A DNA stretch of 64,000 nucleotides, taken from IMG/VR virus record IMGVR_UViG_3300031994_000081, positions 7,932 to 71,931 of that record. One strand, given 5' to 3'. Of the stretch, positions 23,139 through 32,128 are shown piece by piece. Source of the DNA: a virus (Duplodnaviria; Caudoviricetes). Numbering within the stretch: the stretch's first letter is position 1; the number at the start of each line of letters is the position of its first letter. The notes below the pieces were generated by a model that worked only from the letters and a program-made list of their open reading frames with translations, made no database searches and was not told the origin of the DNA. Made by a program: the position numbers and the translations under genes.

Positions 23139-23401
23139 ACGTCTAATTCAGTTTTAGGTGGTGAAAATAATTCTTCAGCAAGCTTATCATCATCCTTAAG
23201 TACTTCATTTCTAGTAATGATGTCCTTCAAGGATTGAATTAGATTCTCTGGGAGAGGATTTCCAAAATCACATACACAAAGACCCTCCTTTGCTAACTGA
23301 ACTAATGCTACAGCTTTAGTTTCAGCACTAAAGCTATTAAACATAGGTATCATCAGATGTTGGACTAAAGCCATCTCATGAGGATTTAGTTCTGTATTCA
23401 T
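23135..23401 (-). CDS. Hypothetical protein
   Basis: ORF with a purine-rich leader, downstream of a predicted promoter. Confidence 0.6.
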   Translation of the reverse strand: MNTELNPHEMALVQHLMIPMFNSFSAETKAVALVQLAKEGLCVCDFGNPLPENLIQSLKDIITRNEVLKDDDKLAEELFSPPKTELDV

Positions 23402-23438
23402 CTTTTCCTCCTTTTCTTTTTATTGTTATCATGGTATG

Positions 23439-23446
23439 CAAATATA
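23439..23446 (-). promoter_or_regulatory. Putative Bacteroidota -7 promoter element
   Basis: TATATTTG about 40 nt upstream of ATG 23401. The -33 element is weak. Confidence 0.5.
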
Positions 23447-23495
23447 GTAATAATCATAAGAACTATTAACATACATACACACCATGCTACAACCT

Positions 23496-24416
23496 CTATG
23501 AATTGGTTATCATACCCCATAAGCCAGCCTCCTCAAGTACTTGTTTAGCTTTGGTAGTTAATTCAAGCATATCAGGATGTGGTTTACCTGTAGTACCAAA
23601 GTATCTCAAGTCAAAGAAGTGTTTCCAGTCTGATATAAAACCAGTCACAACTATCTCAGTCTTGAGGGCATTAGGCAATATTTGTCTAGCTTGTTGAGGG
23701 GATAGACCTCTACTGAGGCATTCAATATAAAGGTCTTCTGATTCCATAAGATTCCTTATAAAAAGGGCATCATTATCACCATTAAATAATGGCTTCACAT
23801 AATCATTACCAATTACTATATTTTCCCCAAGGTTATCTACTTGAACCTTATAAGAACCCTCACTAAGGTTAATCCAACTTGGAATAATAAAAGTAAGTCC
23901 ACCAAACTTACTTTGACCATAGTTACAATAACGGGTACTTTCCTGTGCAAAGGAAAATACTCTGTGTCTGACAATCTCATGGCTTACACCTCTGTCAGTG
24001 ACAAATCTCATAGAGATTCTCAAAGAATGATACTTGGTAGGAGTACACAAGAATGGTTTGCATTTCTCAACCAAGTTATTCTCAACAAGAACCCTATAGT
24101 TGGTAGTAATGTGCCAATTAACACTGTCTTCCATAGGACCCCGAGCTTTTGAATAAGGGTTGTGTCTGAAGAAACTGGCAAGCTCAGTCCCATCATAACT
24201 ATTCCAATAAGGAATAAGCAGGTACACAGTACCATGCTCCAACATGGCAGTATGGCCACTCTTGACCATCCTGCCAACAAACTCAGAGGCACTGTCATAG
24301 GTTATGTTTGCTTCTGACTTATAGCAAGTTCTGCCTGCAAGCTCAATCATCCTGAAGATGCCTTGCAAGCCTTCACCTTGTGTAATAAGTTCAGCCTTGC
24401 TTGGTATCAGTTTCAT
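23496..24416 (-). CDS. thyX: Flavin-dependent thymidylate synthase
   Basis: GHTAMLEH and RHRVFSFAQESTRY signature motifs. Confidence 0.95.
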   Translation of the reverse strand: MKLIPSKAELITQGEGLQGIFRMIELAGRTCYKSEANITYDSASEFVGRMVKSGHTAMLEHGTVYLLIPYWNSYDGTELASFFRHNPYSKARGPMEDSVNWHITTNYRVLVENNLVEKCKPFLCTPTKYHSLRISMRFVTDRGVSHEIVRHRVFSFAQESTRYCNYGQSKFGGLTFIIPSWINLSEGSYKVQVDNLGENIVIGNDYVKPLFNGDNDALFIRNLMESEDLYIECLSRGLSPQQARQILPNALKTEIVVTGFISDWKHFFDLRYFGTTGKPHPDMLELTTKAKQVLEEAGLWGMITNS

Positions 24417-24540
24417 TTTTACTCAAGAGTTGTTTAACTTTGTTAAGGCACTTGCCATAAATGGAGGCTCTCTTCATGTCATCTTCTTCCCAACGACCTT
24501 TCTCAAAAGCCTCATCAATCATTTTGATAATCTCTTCCAT
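24391..24540 (-). CDS. Small hypothetical protein (49 aa; not in the ORF track)
   Basis: MEEIIKMIDEAFEKGRW..., fills the gap in the operon. Confidence 0.4.
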   Translation of the reverse strand: MEEIIKMIDEAFEKGRWEEDDMKRASIYGKCLNKVKQLLSKNETDTKQG

Positions 24541-24541
24541 G

Positions 24542-24688
24542 TTATTTTGCTTTTCTTACGTCAATAATTTGGTCAATATCCCAATACTCACTTCTAGCTT
24601 GCTGTTCAGCATCTTCCTTATTCTGAGCATCAACCCACACATGGGTTAAGTCTCCGTCAGATGTCATATAATCAATGTAAAATTTCAT
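24542..24688 (-). CDS. Small hypothetical protein (48 aa; not in the ORF track)
   Basis: MKFYIDYMTSDGDLTHVWVDA..., with ATGA overlap to the upstream gene. Confidence 0.55.
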   Translation of the reverse strand: MKFYIDYMTSDGDLTHVWVDAQNKEDAEQQARSEYWDIDQIIDVRKAK

Positions 24689-24930
24689 AGGGCTACTTTT
24701 CCAATTACAGCCCTTGCATCAAGAACAGCAAGGTATCTTTCCATGTTTTCGACTTGAAGGTCATATATAGACCTTGGACAAGTAGGAGTAAACTGAATCT
24801 CTCCATTGTCCCATTTTTGAAGCATATACTTAAGCTTCTCAAGCCTTATTTTAAGCTGATAGTACTCAGCCTTAAAACGCTCTTTATAATCAGAGCTAAC
24901 CATTAAGGTTGCAGTGTCTTTTAATTCCAT
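24685..24930 (-). CDS. crAss001_48-like conserved phage protein
   Basis: YKERFKAEYYQLKIRLEKL...YLAVLDARA pattern. Confidence 0.7.
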   Translation of the reverse strand: MELKDTATLMVSSDYKERFKAEYYQLKIRLEKLKYMLQKWDNGEIQFTPTCPRSIYDLQVENMERYLAVLDARAVIGKVAL

Positions 24931-25047
24931 TGTTTGATGTTTTTAATTTATCCCCAAAGTGTTAAATATTCATCTATGGTAAGGTCCATCATAAGGCATG
25001 ATTTAATAAACCGTTTAATCCAGTCCATAAATACCTCCTTCTAGACC

Positions 25048-25470
25048 CTATTCCACAACTTCAAAATCGTGAGTCGCCCAGCCTTGACACTCTTCAATAA
25101 GGTATTCCATGTGCTTAATCTCCTTCTTTTCATAGGAGGTAAGAGGATTACCCAATCTTTGAGCATTGAATTTAATGTCCATGATTCTTTTCTCCATCAT
25201 AGTCTTAAACTCACAAAGCAGGTCTTCAATAGATTCATGCTGCTCTTGATAAGCAGCAATCCAATTAGTGTCAGATGTGTCAATGGACTCACATTTGCCC
25301 ATATCATCATCCCAATCTTCCTCAGCTACATAGTCTGAGGTTCTCACTGTGACTTCTTTATCTACAGAGAAAGTAGCAGTGACCTTGAACTCCCTCTCAG
25401 GGGGGTCTACTTGGTTGTAAGGAGCATTTGGGTCATGCTCTGCTCCTGGTGGGTAATAACCTGACTCCAT
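25048..25470 (-). CDS. Conserved hypothetical phage protein
   Basis: YYPPGAEHDPNAPYNQ N-terminus; translationally coupled. Confidence 0.6.
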   Translation of the reverse strand: MESGYYPPGAEHDPNAPYNQVDPPEREFKVTATFSVDKEVTVRTSDYVAEEDWDDDMGKCESIDTSDTNWIAAYQEQHESIEDLLCEFKTMMEKRIMDIKFNAQRLGNPLTSYEKKEIKHMEYLIEECQGWATHDFEVVE

Positions 25471-25664
25471 TACAAATCTATGTTTAAGTTGTTTTCTTTA
25501 ATCAATCTTCTTGCAATAACAGCTTCAATCCTTAATGGTACAGTAATATGCTTCCCTTCCTCATTCACATAGATGGAATGGCTACCATTATTACGAGAAT
25601 ATAGATAGCCATTCTTCTCAATCATCTTTATGAAAGCACTTCTAGACCATTGTTTCATAGCCAC
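25470..25664 (-). CDS. HicA-like mRNA interferase domain protein
   Basis: 64 aa with NGY..SR.NGSH.IY...GKHITVP, matching the HicA/YcfA GSH motif. Confidence 0.75.
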   Translation of the reverse strand: MAMKQWSRSAFIKMIEKNGYLYSRNNGSHSIYVNEEGKHITVPLRIEAVIARRLIKENNLNIDL

Positions 25665-26104
25665 TCATAGTGGTTCTTGTACTTCTCATAGGTATTACGA
25701 ATAACTTCTTCACCTATGGGATTAGGTCTGAGACTGTCTCTTCTAATGCACTCTTCAACAGGAGTAGGAAAGTCTTGAAACTCTATGACATAGTGGTACT
25801 GATGCCAGCCTCTTTCATAGTTGGCTATCATAATCCGCATATTTTCATGGTCTCTGGCATTGAGATTCATATTGTCAATCACAATGTCATAACCATTGAC
25901 CATAGCAGTATTCAAGATAGAACCTTTGGCAGAAGCTACAATATCTTCCCTGCTGGGAACCCAATACTTACCCAGCATATTTCTGATGTCATCATTATTG
26001 TACCTAATCCTGTGTTCAGGGTCTTCCAAAGCCCAGTTTCTAGCCCAAGTGGACTTGCCTGAGCCTTGGATTCCCCTACACATTATTATTTTTCTTTGTT
26101 CCAT
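25655..26104 (-). CDS. Polynucleotide kinase-like P-loop kinase (AAA_33)
   Basis: GIQGSGKST Walker A, NNDDIR, IVIDNMN, ECIRRD..R. Confidence 0.85.
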   Translation of the reverse strand: MEQRKIIMCRGIQGSGKSTWARNWALEDPEHRIRYNNDDIRNMLGKYWVPSREDIVASAKGSILNTAMVNGYDIVIDNMNLNARDHENMRIMIANYERGWHQYHYVIEFQDFPTPVEECIRRDSLRPNPIGEEVIRNTYEKYKNHYEWL

Positions 26105-26604
26105 TGCGGTTTATCAGGGTTCTCATAGTACCTATACATAGCATAGATACCATCATCCCAACCCTTACTGCCATCATAGATAACAAAAGCTCTGTCTATT
26201 TTGGTCTCAGGGTTGATGATTTGTAGTTCTTTCTCAATTGTGTTAGCAGTCCTGCCAGAATAGTAGGAATCATCCAAAAGGACATACCTTTGCATAGGAA
26301 CTTCAAAGACAGGCAGCTCAACAGGACTACCTGACCTAATACCTCCATTGACTATGATAACTTGCCCAAATGTTTTGTGCAGCCAATCATTGTAAACAGA
26401 GGCAAGCACCCTTCCAAAAGAGCCTGTTACAACACACCCAACAAACATACTAGGAGGGCAATACTTGGATACCCATTCAATATAGTCTCCAAGTAGGTTC
26501 TTGCCCCTTCTAATCATCAAGTCAAGTATATTGAAGAAGATTTCTCCACCTTCAGGATGCCTCTTGAGAATCTCTATTATTTTGTTGTTCACTTCGCAGT
26601 TCAT
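26086..26604 (-). CDS. Type I phosphoribosyltransferase-like protein
   Basis: YVLLDDSYYSGRT resembles the PRPP-binding loop. Confidence 0.6.
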   Translation of the reverse strand: MNCEVNNKIIEILKRHPEGGEIFFNILDLMIRRGKNLLGDYIEWVSKYCPPSMFVGCVVTGSFGRVLASVYNDWLHKTFGQVIIVNGGIRSGSPVELPVFEVPMQRYVLLDDSYYSGRTANTIEKELQIINPETKIDRAFVIYDGSKGWDDGIYAMYRYYENPDKPQWNKEK

Positions 26605-26833
26605 CTTCCAGCATCTTTATCTTGTCATCAATATACCAAGCAGCTTTCTTGAAGTCCTCTATTTGTTTCTCAAGAGGTGTAAGAGCAGCATCTTCTTTAT
26701 GACCTGCCCTTAGCAGATACTTGACAGCATTGCCAGTATCAAAGTCAAGATGTCTGGTAATATCAATGACCTCAATACCACACTTCTCTTTTAGCCAAGT
26801 ATAGTGTGATGGATGATTTACATTATCTCCCAT
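26552..26833 (-). CDS. DUF3310 (SaV-like) protein
   Basis: VNHPSHY...IEVIDI...GNAVKYLLRAGHK...KAAWYI. Confidence 0.85.
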   Translation of the reverse strand: MGDNVNHPSHYTWLKEKCGIEVIDITRHLDFDTGNAVKYLLRAGHKEDAALTPLEKQIEDFKKAAWYIDDKIKMLEDELRSEQQNNRDSQEAS

Positions 26834-26834
26834 A

Positions 26835-27002
26835 TTATTTCTTCTTTACTGCTCCACTAGTACCAACCTCTTTGCCACAGACAGTGCATCCGTAGCTATC
26901 CTTATGGTCTTTACCCATTTGATTGAATACTCTCATTCCTTCACCATATTGTTGGTCTTGGAACTCAGATTTGCAAGAGCATTTCATTATTTTTGTTGCC
27001 AT
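26835..27002 (-). CDS. Small Cys-motif protein (55 aa; not in the ORF track)
   Basis: MATKIMKCSCKSEFQDQQYGEGMRVFN...CTVCGKE; CxC and CxxC suggest a zinc ribbon. Confidence 0.6.
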   Translation of the reverse strand: MATKIMKCSCKSEFQDQQYGEGMRVFNQMGKDHKDSYGCTVCGKEVGTSGAVKKK

Positions 27003-27024
27003 AGTTATTTTTTATTTTTTATTT

Positions 27025-30000
27025 TTAGTGTACCCAATGAGATTCCACAGAAGTATCAACAGGCATAGGCAGCTTTCTACAGAAGAAAGTGCCAGCCTTT
27101 GACATACAGTCTTGTACAACAGCAGCCATTTCATCAGCTAATTCATCAGGAACTTCAATGTTCCACTCATCATGTGCAGGAATGCACAATTTTACCTTGA
27201 ATAACAAGTCGTGCTCAATTAGATAATTCCAGAGGAAAATTGAGGCAGTCTTAAACATAACAGCACCTGTACCTTGACAAGGATAGTTAATAGCCTGCTT
27301 CTCAGAAGCGGATTTCCTTTTGAAATAATGCTTGACAGGCCACACATAGACATCTTCAATGTCCACATACACCTCTTTGGTTTCATACTCCTCCTCAGAG
27401 CCTTTCCTAGAAGGCTTCTTGACTTTATAAGTATATACACCAACACACTCTTCCAATGGAATACCACTGGAGAACTTTTGGAATAATTGAGCTACAACTG
27501 GTTTAGGTAGCTTGTTTTCTTGTCCTTTATAACCCCTATACTCAATCCAAAAGTCATCAACCATCCTCTTCCTAGCTCCAACCAACTGGTCAAAGTCATA
27601 GATATAGGCTTTATGCTGACTCAAAGGATTAAGAAGAATGAAGCCATATTTCATAACAAACTTTCTCTGTCTGTCTTGATAGGACTTCATACCACTGAAA
27701 CCTTTCATATAGTTGTCATAGATTTTCTGTGCATCCTTTATAGGGATGCCAGCATTGCTTGCAATGGTGTTTGCATCACCACCATAATTTCACCTTGTTA
27801 TCTCACAGGCTCTTTATCCTGTAATTCTTACACTTCTTTTTTTTTTTTTTTTGTGTAAGGTCGGACTATATCATCACCTCAATGAGGTGCAGGGCACTCT
27901 TGGGAGAGATTATTGTTAGGCTCACTCTCCTAGTCTCTGAACCTTCTAAACTCCTTTATCCTAAGTTTAGCTTGGCTGCTGATTACCATCTCAGGCTTCC
28001 AGCAATTCACCCTGTTTTTACTTGCTCATCACTGAACAAGGCCACAAATGTATTATACTTGTATTCTAGTTTACTTGTATTACTTGCATACATCTTTGTA
28101 TAGAGATAGTATAAAGATGCTTTACCACTGACATTAACATCATAGGCGTTACCTTTGATACTAATATGAGTTTTAATCCCTTCTTTCTCCAAAAATTGAC
28201 TAATTCTCTCTGCCCATATTTCAGAGCTTGTGGTAAATTTAGCTTCATACCTATTCCATCTTCCTCTGCTTTTGGTCATTCTTATACTACCATCACCATC
28301 AAAGTAACCATGTAATAAATCCCAATCTATCTTTATAGAAGGATTCAATACTAGGGCTTTTCTTTCTGGTATATTGAAGGTAGTCATAAACCATTGAGTA
28401 ACCGGCTTTGAATTGTAAATTACCTGTACTATTCCAGTATGTCTTTCATATACCTTAGCTTTTTCTCCTATGAAGTTCTTAAACTTCAACATAATGTCCT
28501 TATCCTTAGAGAACAGACTTATAGAATAAGCTCTATGGTTATTTACTAGATGACCATCTGCAAATATGTAACCAATCCAGTATTTTGCCTCTGGACTCAT
28601 ACATTCAAACGGGTTCTCTCTGTTTTTAATGTAATTTTCTAGATTTCTCATGCCTTTATTTGTTTATTGCAAAGGTACTATAAAAATCTAAACTATGCAA
28701 GCTTTTTAGCAATTTACTTATAGAAAACAAGTGGTTTTGTTTATGGCAAATTCAACACCCTTGGCATCCTGCCTCTGAGCTGAGAATTTCTTCTTAATCT
28801 TTTCAACAGGACAATCCCCTACAATGTCAGGAAAAGACATCTTTGCAACCAGACTATGAACATCACCACAACCCACATTAAACAGGTCAAGAAGAGCCTT
28901 ATCATTAGTGACATCGGCAATAATCCTTGACTCTTGACCACTATAGTCACAAGAAATCCATTTCATACCTCTTCCTGATATGAAGCAGGCTCTTGTTTCA
29001 GGGTCATGTGGGAAGTTTTGGAAATTCAAATAGTCAAGCTGTGCAGATTTATCCTTTCCTCCAGAGGAAAGTCTACCAGTATCAGTACCTAACTGATTAA
29101 AGTTGGTATGAATCCTGCCACTGACAGGATTGATTTGGTCTATCACATTCTGACCATAGGTAGAGGTAAGTTTCTTTGCTGCCTTATACTGCAAATACAG
29201 ATAGGCTATGGTAGACAGATGAGCCTGAGGCTCAATGACCTTGGACTCAATACTGTCTTTCCATTCACCAGTCTCCTTATCCTTTGCAAGCAGATTGAAA
29301 CCAAGTGACTTGAAGAGTGGTATTACCTGCTTTGGACTATCCCAATTTATCATACAGGTAGGTGGCAGGAATCCAAGGAACAAATCACCTTGAATGGTGT
29401 CCTTGATAAACTTCCTGTCTACCTGTTGTTCAATAGGTACTTTCCAAGCTTCAGCATAACCCCTCTTTTCACCCTTGATGTCTTTCTCAGGACATCTTTC
29501 TCCTTTCATCTTCTTTCTTGCTTTCTCCAAATCCTTAGGGTCAAGCCCCTCAGTTTGAAGATAGTGATAGGAGAATTTCTCACCTAGGGCAGAAGATACA
29601 ACCCAATCATTAAGTGCTTGAAGGAAGACAGCCTCACAGAAATTGTCTAAGTCCATCTTCCTTCTCCACCTTTCAACATCAAGAGTCACACCACAATACT
29701 CAGTATATGCAACCCAAGGGACAGACTTCTGCTCATATTCATTGGCAACAGTCAATCCTTGTGCCTGCAATTGAGGTTGCTGTGCATCCATGATTCTTTC
29801 CAGATACTTGACATCATTGGCAGCATACTCAATAACCTCTTCTGTGAGACCAGCCCACATTACCTTGCCTCGAACTGTTTTATCAAGTTCTACACCAAGA
29901 TAATTTTTTCCAGCAGCCTTGAGAGCCATACTGTGAATACCTGATGGATAGCCAAGCCACATAAGTTTCTCAGCTATAAAACCATCATAGACATTCCTCA

Positions 30001-30307
30001 AGACTATCCTCTGATGGAGCAAGAACTTCATATCAAATTTGATATTCCATCCTATGAACAACCTGTCAGATTGCAGATAGTCTTTGAAGAATCTTATATC
30101 CACTGTAGTGCAATCAATTACAACTTGGAAGTCATAGCAACCAAGCTGACACAACAGCAGCTGTTTGGTATATGGGTCAAATCCCATAGTTTCAGTATCA
30201 AGACCTACCTTCTGAAGAGGCTCAAGCATCTGTAAAGCCTCATGTATTCCTATGATTTGATACTTCTGACTTTCTGGTAACAACTGAGTTGTAATCAGAT
30301 AAATCAT
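27025..30307 (-). CDS. polA: Family A DNA polymerase split by a group I intron (exons 30307-28743 and 27790-27025)
   Basis: Exonuclease motif GLDTET, motif A CDYSGQESR, motif C AHDE. Splicing restores motif B as AKGVEFA-I-NYGG (GCC AT|A AAT TAT GGT). Confidence 0.92.
28007..28651 (-). CDS. Intron-encoded LAGLIDADG homing endonuclease
   Basis: Two motifs (YWIGYIFADG and LLHGYFDGDG), located in the P1 loop. Confidence 0.9.
   Translation of the reverse strand: MRNLENYIKNRENPFECMSPEAKYWIGYIFADGHLVNNHRAYSISLFSKDKDIMLKFKNFIGEKAKVYERHTGIVQVIYNSKPVTQWFMTTFNIPERKALVLNPSIKIDWDLLHGYFDGDGSIRMTKSRGRWNRYEAKFTTSSEIWAERISQFLEKEGIKTHISIKGNAYDVNVSGKASLYYLYTKMYASNTSKLEYKYNTFVALFSDEQVKTG
28670..28700 (-). promoter_or_regulatory. 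Intron-internal Bacteroidota promoter for the endonuclease
   Basis: TACCTTTG with TTG 20 nt upstream, just before ATG 28651. Confidence 0.7.
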
Positions 30308-30573
30308 TCTAGTGTGATTATATAACTAACCCCTTTCTCATGTGAGATGCTCTTCACCTTAGGCTTCACAGGCTCATATCACTCAAGAGGATGACCAACA
30401 ACAATCATTGGTCCCCCTGATGGGTCTATAAACTCACTGCCATCAGAAATGTTTCCACCTCTCACAAAGTCAGGACAACAAGATACTAGTTTATATTGAT
30501 TAGGTCTTCCTTCTATCTCTTCAAGATAGTTCTTAGACCCATCATGTGTTTGCAATCTTATCTTCTTTCCCAT
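30304..30573 (-). pseudogene. Hypothetical gene with an in-frame TGA at 30381-30379
   Basis: The frame continues after the TGA (YEPVKPKVKSISHEKGVSYIITLE) to a stop that overlaps the polA ATG (ATGA). Confidence 0.5.
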
Positions 30574-31048
30574 TGGTATAGGCTTTTAATTGTTTGTAAT
30601 CAATCAGAAATCCATATCTTCTGAGGAAAGCACTTCCCAGTATACCCACAACCTCAATATTGTGGGCTTTCTCAATGTTGTCAAGTCCAGGGACATCAAA
30701 AACTTGGAAAGCTTCTATGAATTTATGATTCTGTGAGAAAAGTTTAACCCCAACAAATGAAGTTTGCACCAGATTACCATCTATCCCATATACACATCTA
30801 TTTCCTTCCAGCTTAGTATAATCAAGTTTAGCTAAAGAAGTTGTATTTATCACGGAAGCATCTGCACCAGAATCAATAATAAAATTAAAGGATTTACCAT
30901 TTTGTTCAAAGGATACTATGGGCAAGCCAACCTCACCCATAGTATCTTTGAAAGGAAACTTGAATCTGCACCTTTTATAATACAGATACACTACTGTAAA
31001 TGAGATGATAGCAAGAACAACCATTAATGTTATTACTATCTTCATCAT
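30542..31048 (-). CDS. Membrane-anchored retropepsin-like aspartyl protease
   Basis: N-terminal TM helix, FIIDSGA catalytic motif, GILGSAFL. Confidence 0.75.
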   Translation of the reverse strand: MMKIVITLMVVLAIISFTVVYLYYKRCRFKFPFKDTMGEVGLPIVSFEQNGKSFNFIIDSGADASVINTTSLAKLDYTKLEGNRCVYGIDGNLVQTSFVGVKLFSQNHKFIEAFQVFDVPGLDNIEKAHNIEVVGILGSAFLRRYGFLIDYKQLKAYTNGKEDKIANT

Positions 31049-31050
31049 GG

Positions 31051-31575
31051 TTACTTTATGCCAGTACTACCATTACCTCCTCTGTTGGGATTGGACAATT
31101 CCTCAACAAATTCGATTTCAACACTACTGGATAACAGCCATTTGAGCTTCTGTTTGAAAGTAGCTCTCTGAGATGGCTGAATCCTAAACTGACAGATTCT
31201 GTCACCCTTCTTAATATTGGCAGTGTCAATAGAAAGAGCAGGGAAGAACCATTGGTCATCAGGACCACTATAGCTATTGTCAATGATACCAATGGAATTG
31301 CACTCAAGAATGTTGAAATTCTTATGGGTGGAACTCCTTGGAGCAACAATAGCCTCCATACCCTCAGGAAGTTGCATAGCAACACCAAGAGGGATAAGCT
31401 GTCTGTGATTGACAACATTCCTAGTTCTTTCACCTCTACTTTTATGTAGAGCTAAAGAATAGGGTGCTTGAATCTGAACATCTTCAGCAGCTCTCAAATC
31501 AATCCAATCACCTTTCTCATTGAAAGTAGGTTCACAACCTCCAGTGAGAACTTTAACTTTAATTATTAATTTCAT
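31051..31575 (-). CDS. dut: Trimeric dUTPase
   Basis: [24 protein letters not shown] and RGGNGSTG motifs. The start is probably 31575 (MKLIIK). Confidence 0.92.
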   Translation of the reverse strand: MKLIIKVKVLTGGCEPTFNEKGDWIDLRAAEDVQIQAPYSLALHKSRGERTRNVVNHRQLIPLGVAMQLPEGMEAIVAPRSSTHKNFNILECNSIGIIDNSYSGPDDQWFFPALSIDTANIKKGDRICQFRIQPSQRATFKQKLKWLLSSSVEIEFVEELSNPNRGGNGSTGIK

Positions 31576-31639
31576 TTCTATACTGAATTTTGTTACTAAA
31601 ATAACCCAGAGTAGTAACAAGTCTTCTTCTTTTTTTTTT

Positions 31640-32128
31640 TTATTCTTTTCTTTTTTGAAATTCTGAAGTTAGGTCTTGAAGGGAGTAATAAATATTATCG
31701 GAATTATTCCCTCTTACTTTATTCACCTTAAAAAATCTCTGATTTGTGGTGATTTTATCAAGACCACCAAGAGCTTCTTCATATTGACCTATCTTGATAT
31801 AATCAAAATATTTTAAATCAGAAACTGGAATGATATTTCTGCCTGAATACCAAGCAAACTTCAATCCTAAACTCTTCACAAACTTAGCAAATTTCCTAAC
31901 ATCAGAATAAGAGTTATCTCCACCAAGAAAAAGTATACAACTAATACCTTGAGATTGCTTTGTTAGATTTAGTAGTATTTCTTCAGTTAATTCTTCTCCT
32001 ACATCATCCCACAGCCAAGGAGAATGGCATCCTTTACAATGCAAAGGACAATTAGTAATATTAATAGCTAAAGAAATCTCATTAGGTACTTCTTTAAATA
32101 CTATAGCATTATCAAAGAATTTGAGCAT
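31640..32128 (-). CDS. nrdG: Anaerobic ribonucleotide reductase activase
   Basis: CPLHCKGC radical SAM motif, adjacent to nrdD. Confidence 0.92.
   Translation of the reverse strand: MLKFFDNAIVFKEVPNEISLAINITNCPLHCKGCHSPWLWDDVGEELTEEILLNLTKQSQGISCILFLGGDNSYSDVRKFAKFVKSLGLKFAWYSGRNIIPVSDLKYFDYIKIGQYEEALGGLDKITTNQRFFKVNKVRGNNSDNIYYSLQDLTSEFQKRKE

Larger units (their letters stand above)
27791..28742 (-). mobile_element. Group I intron in polA (952 nt)
   Basis: The 5' exon ends in U and the intron ends in G. Core elements: GGTGAATTGCTGGAA, AATCAGCAGCC, GTTCAGAGACTA, GATATAGTCC. The P1 guide GTGGC (28045-28041) pairs with exon GCCAT. Confidence 0.92.
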
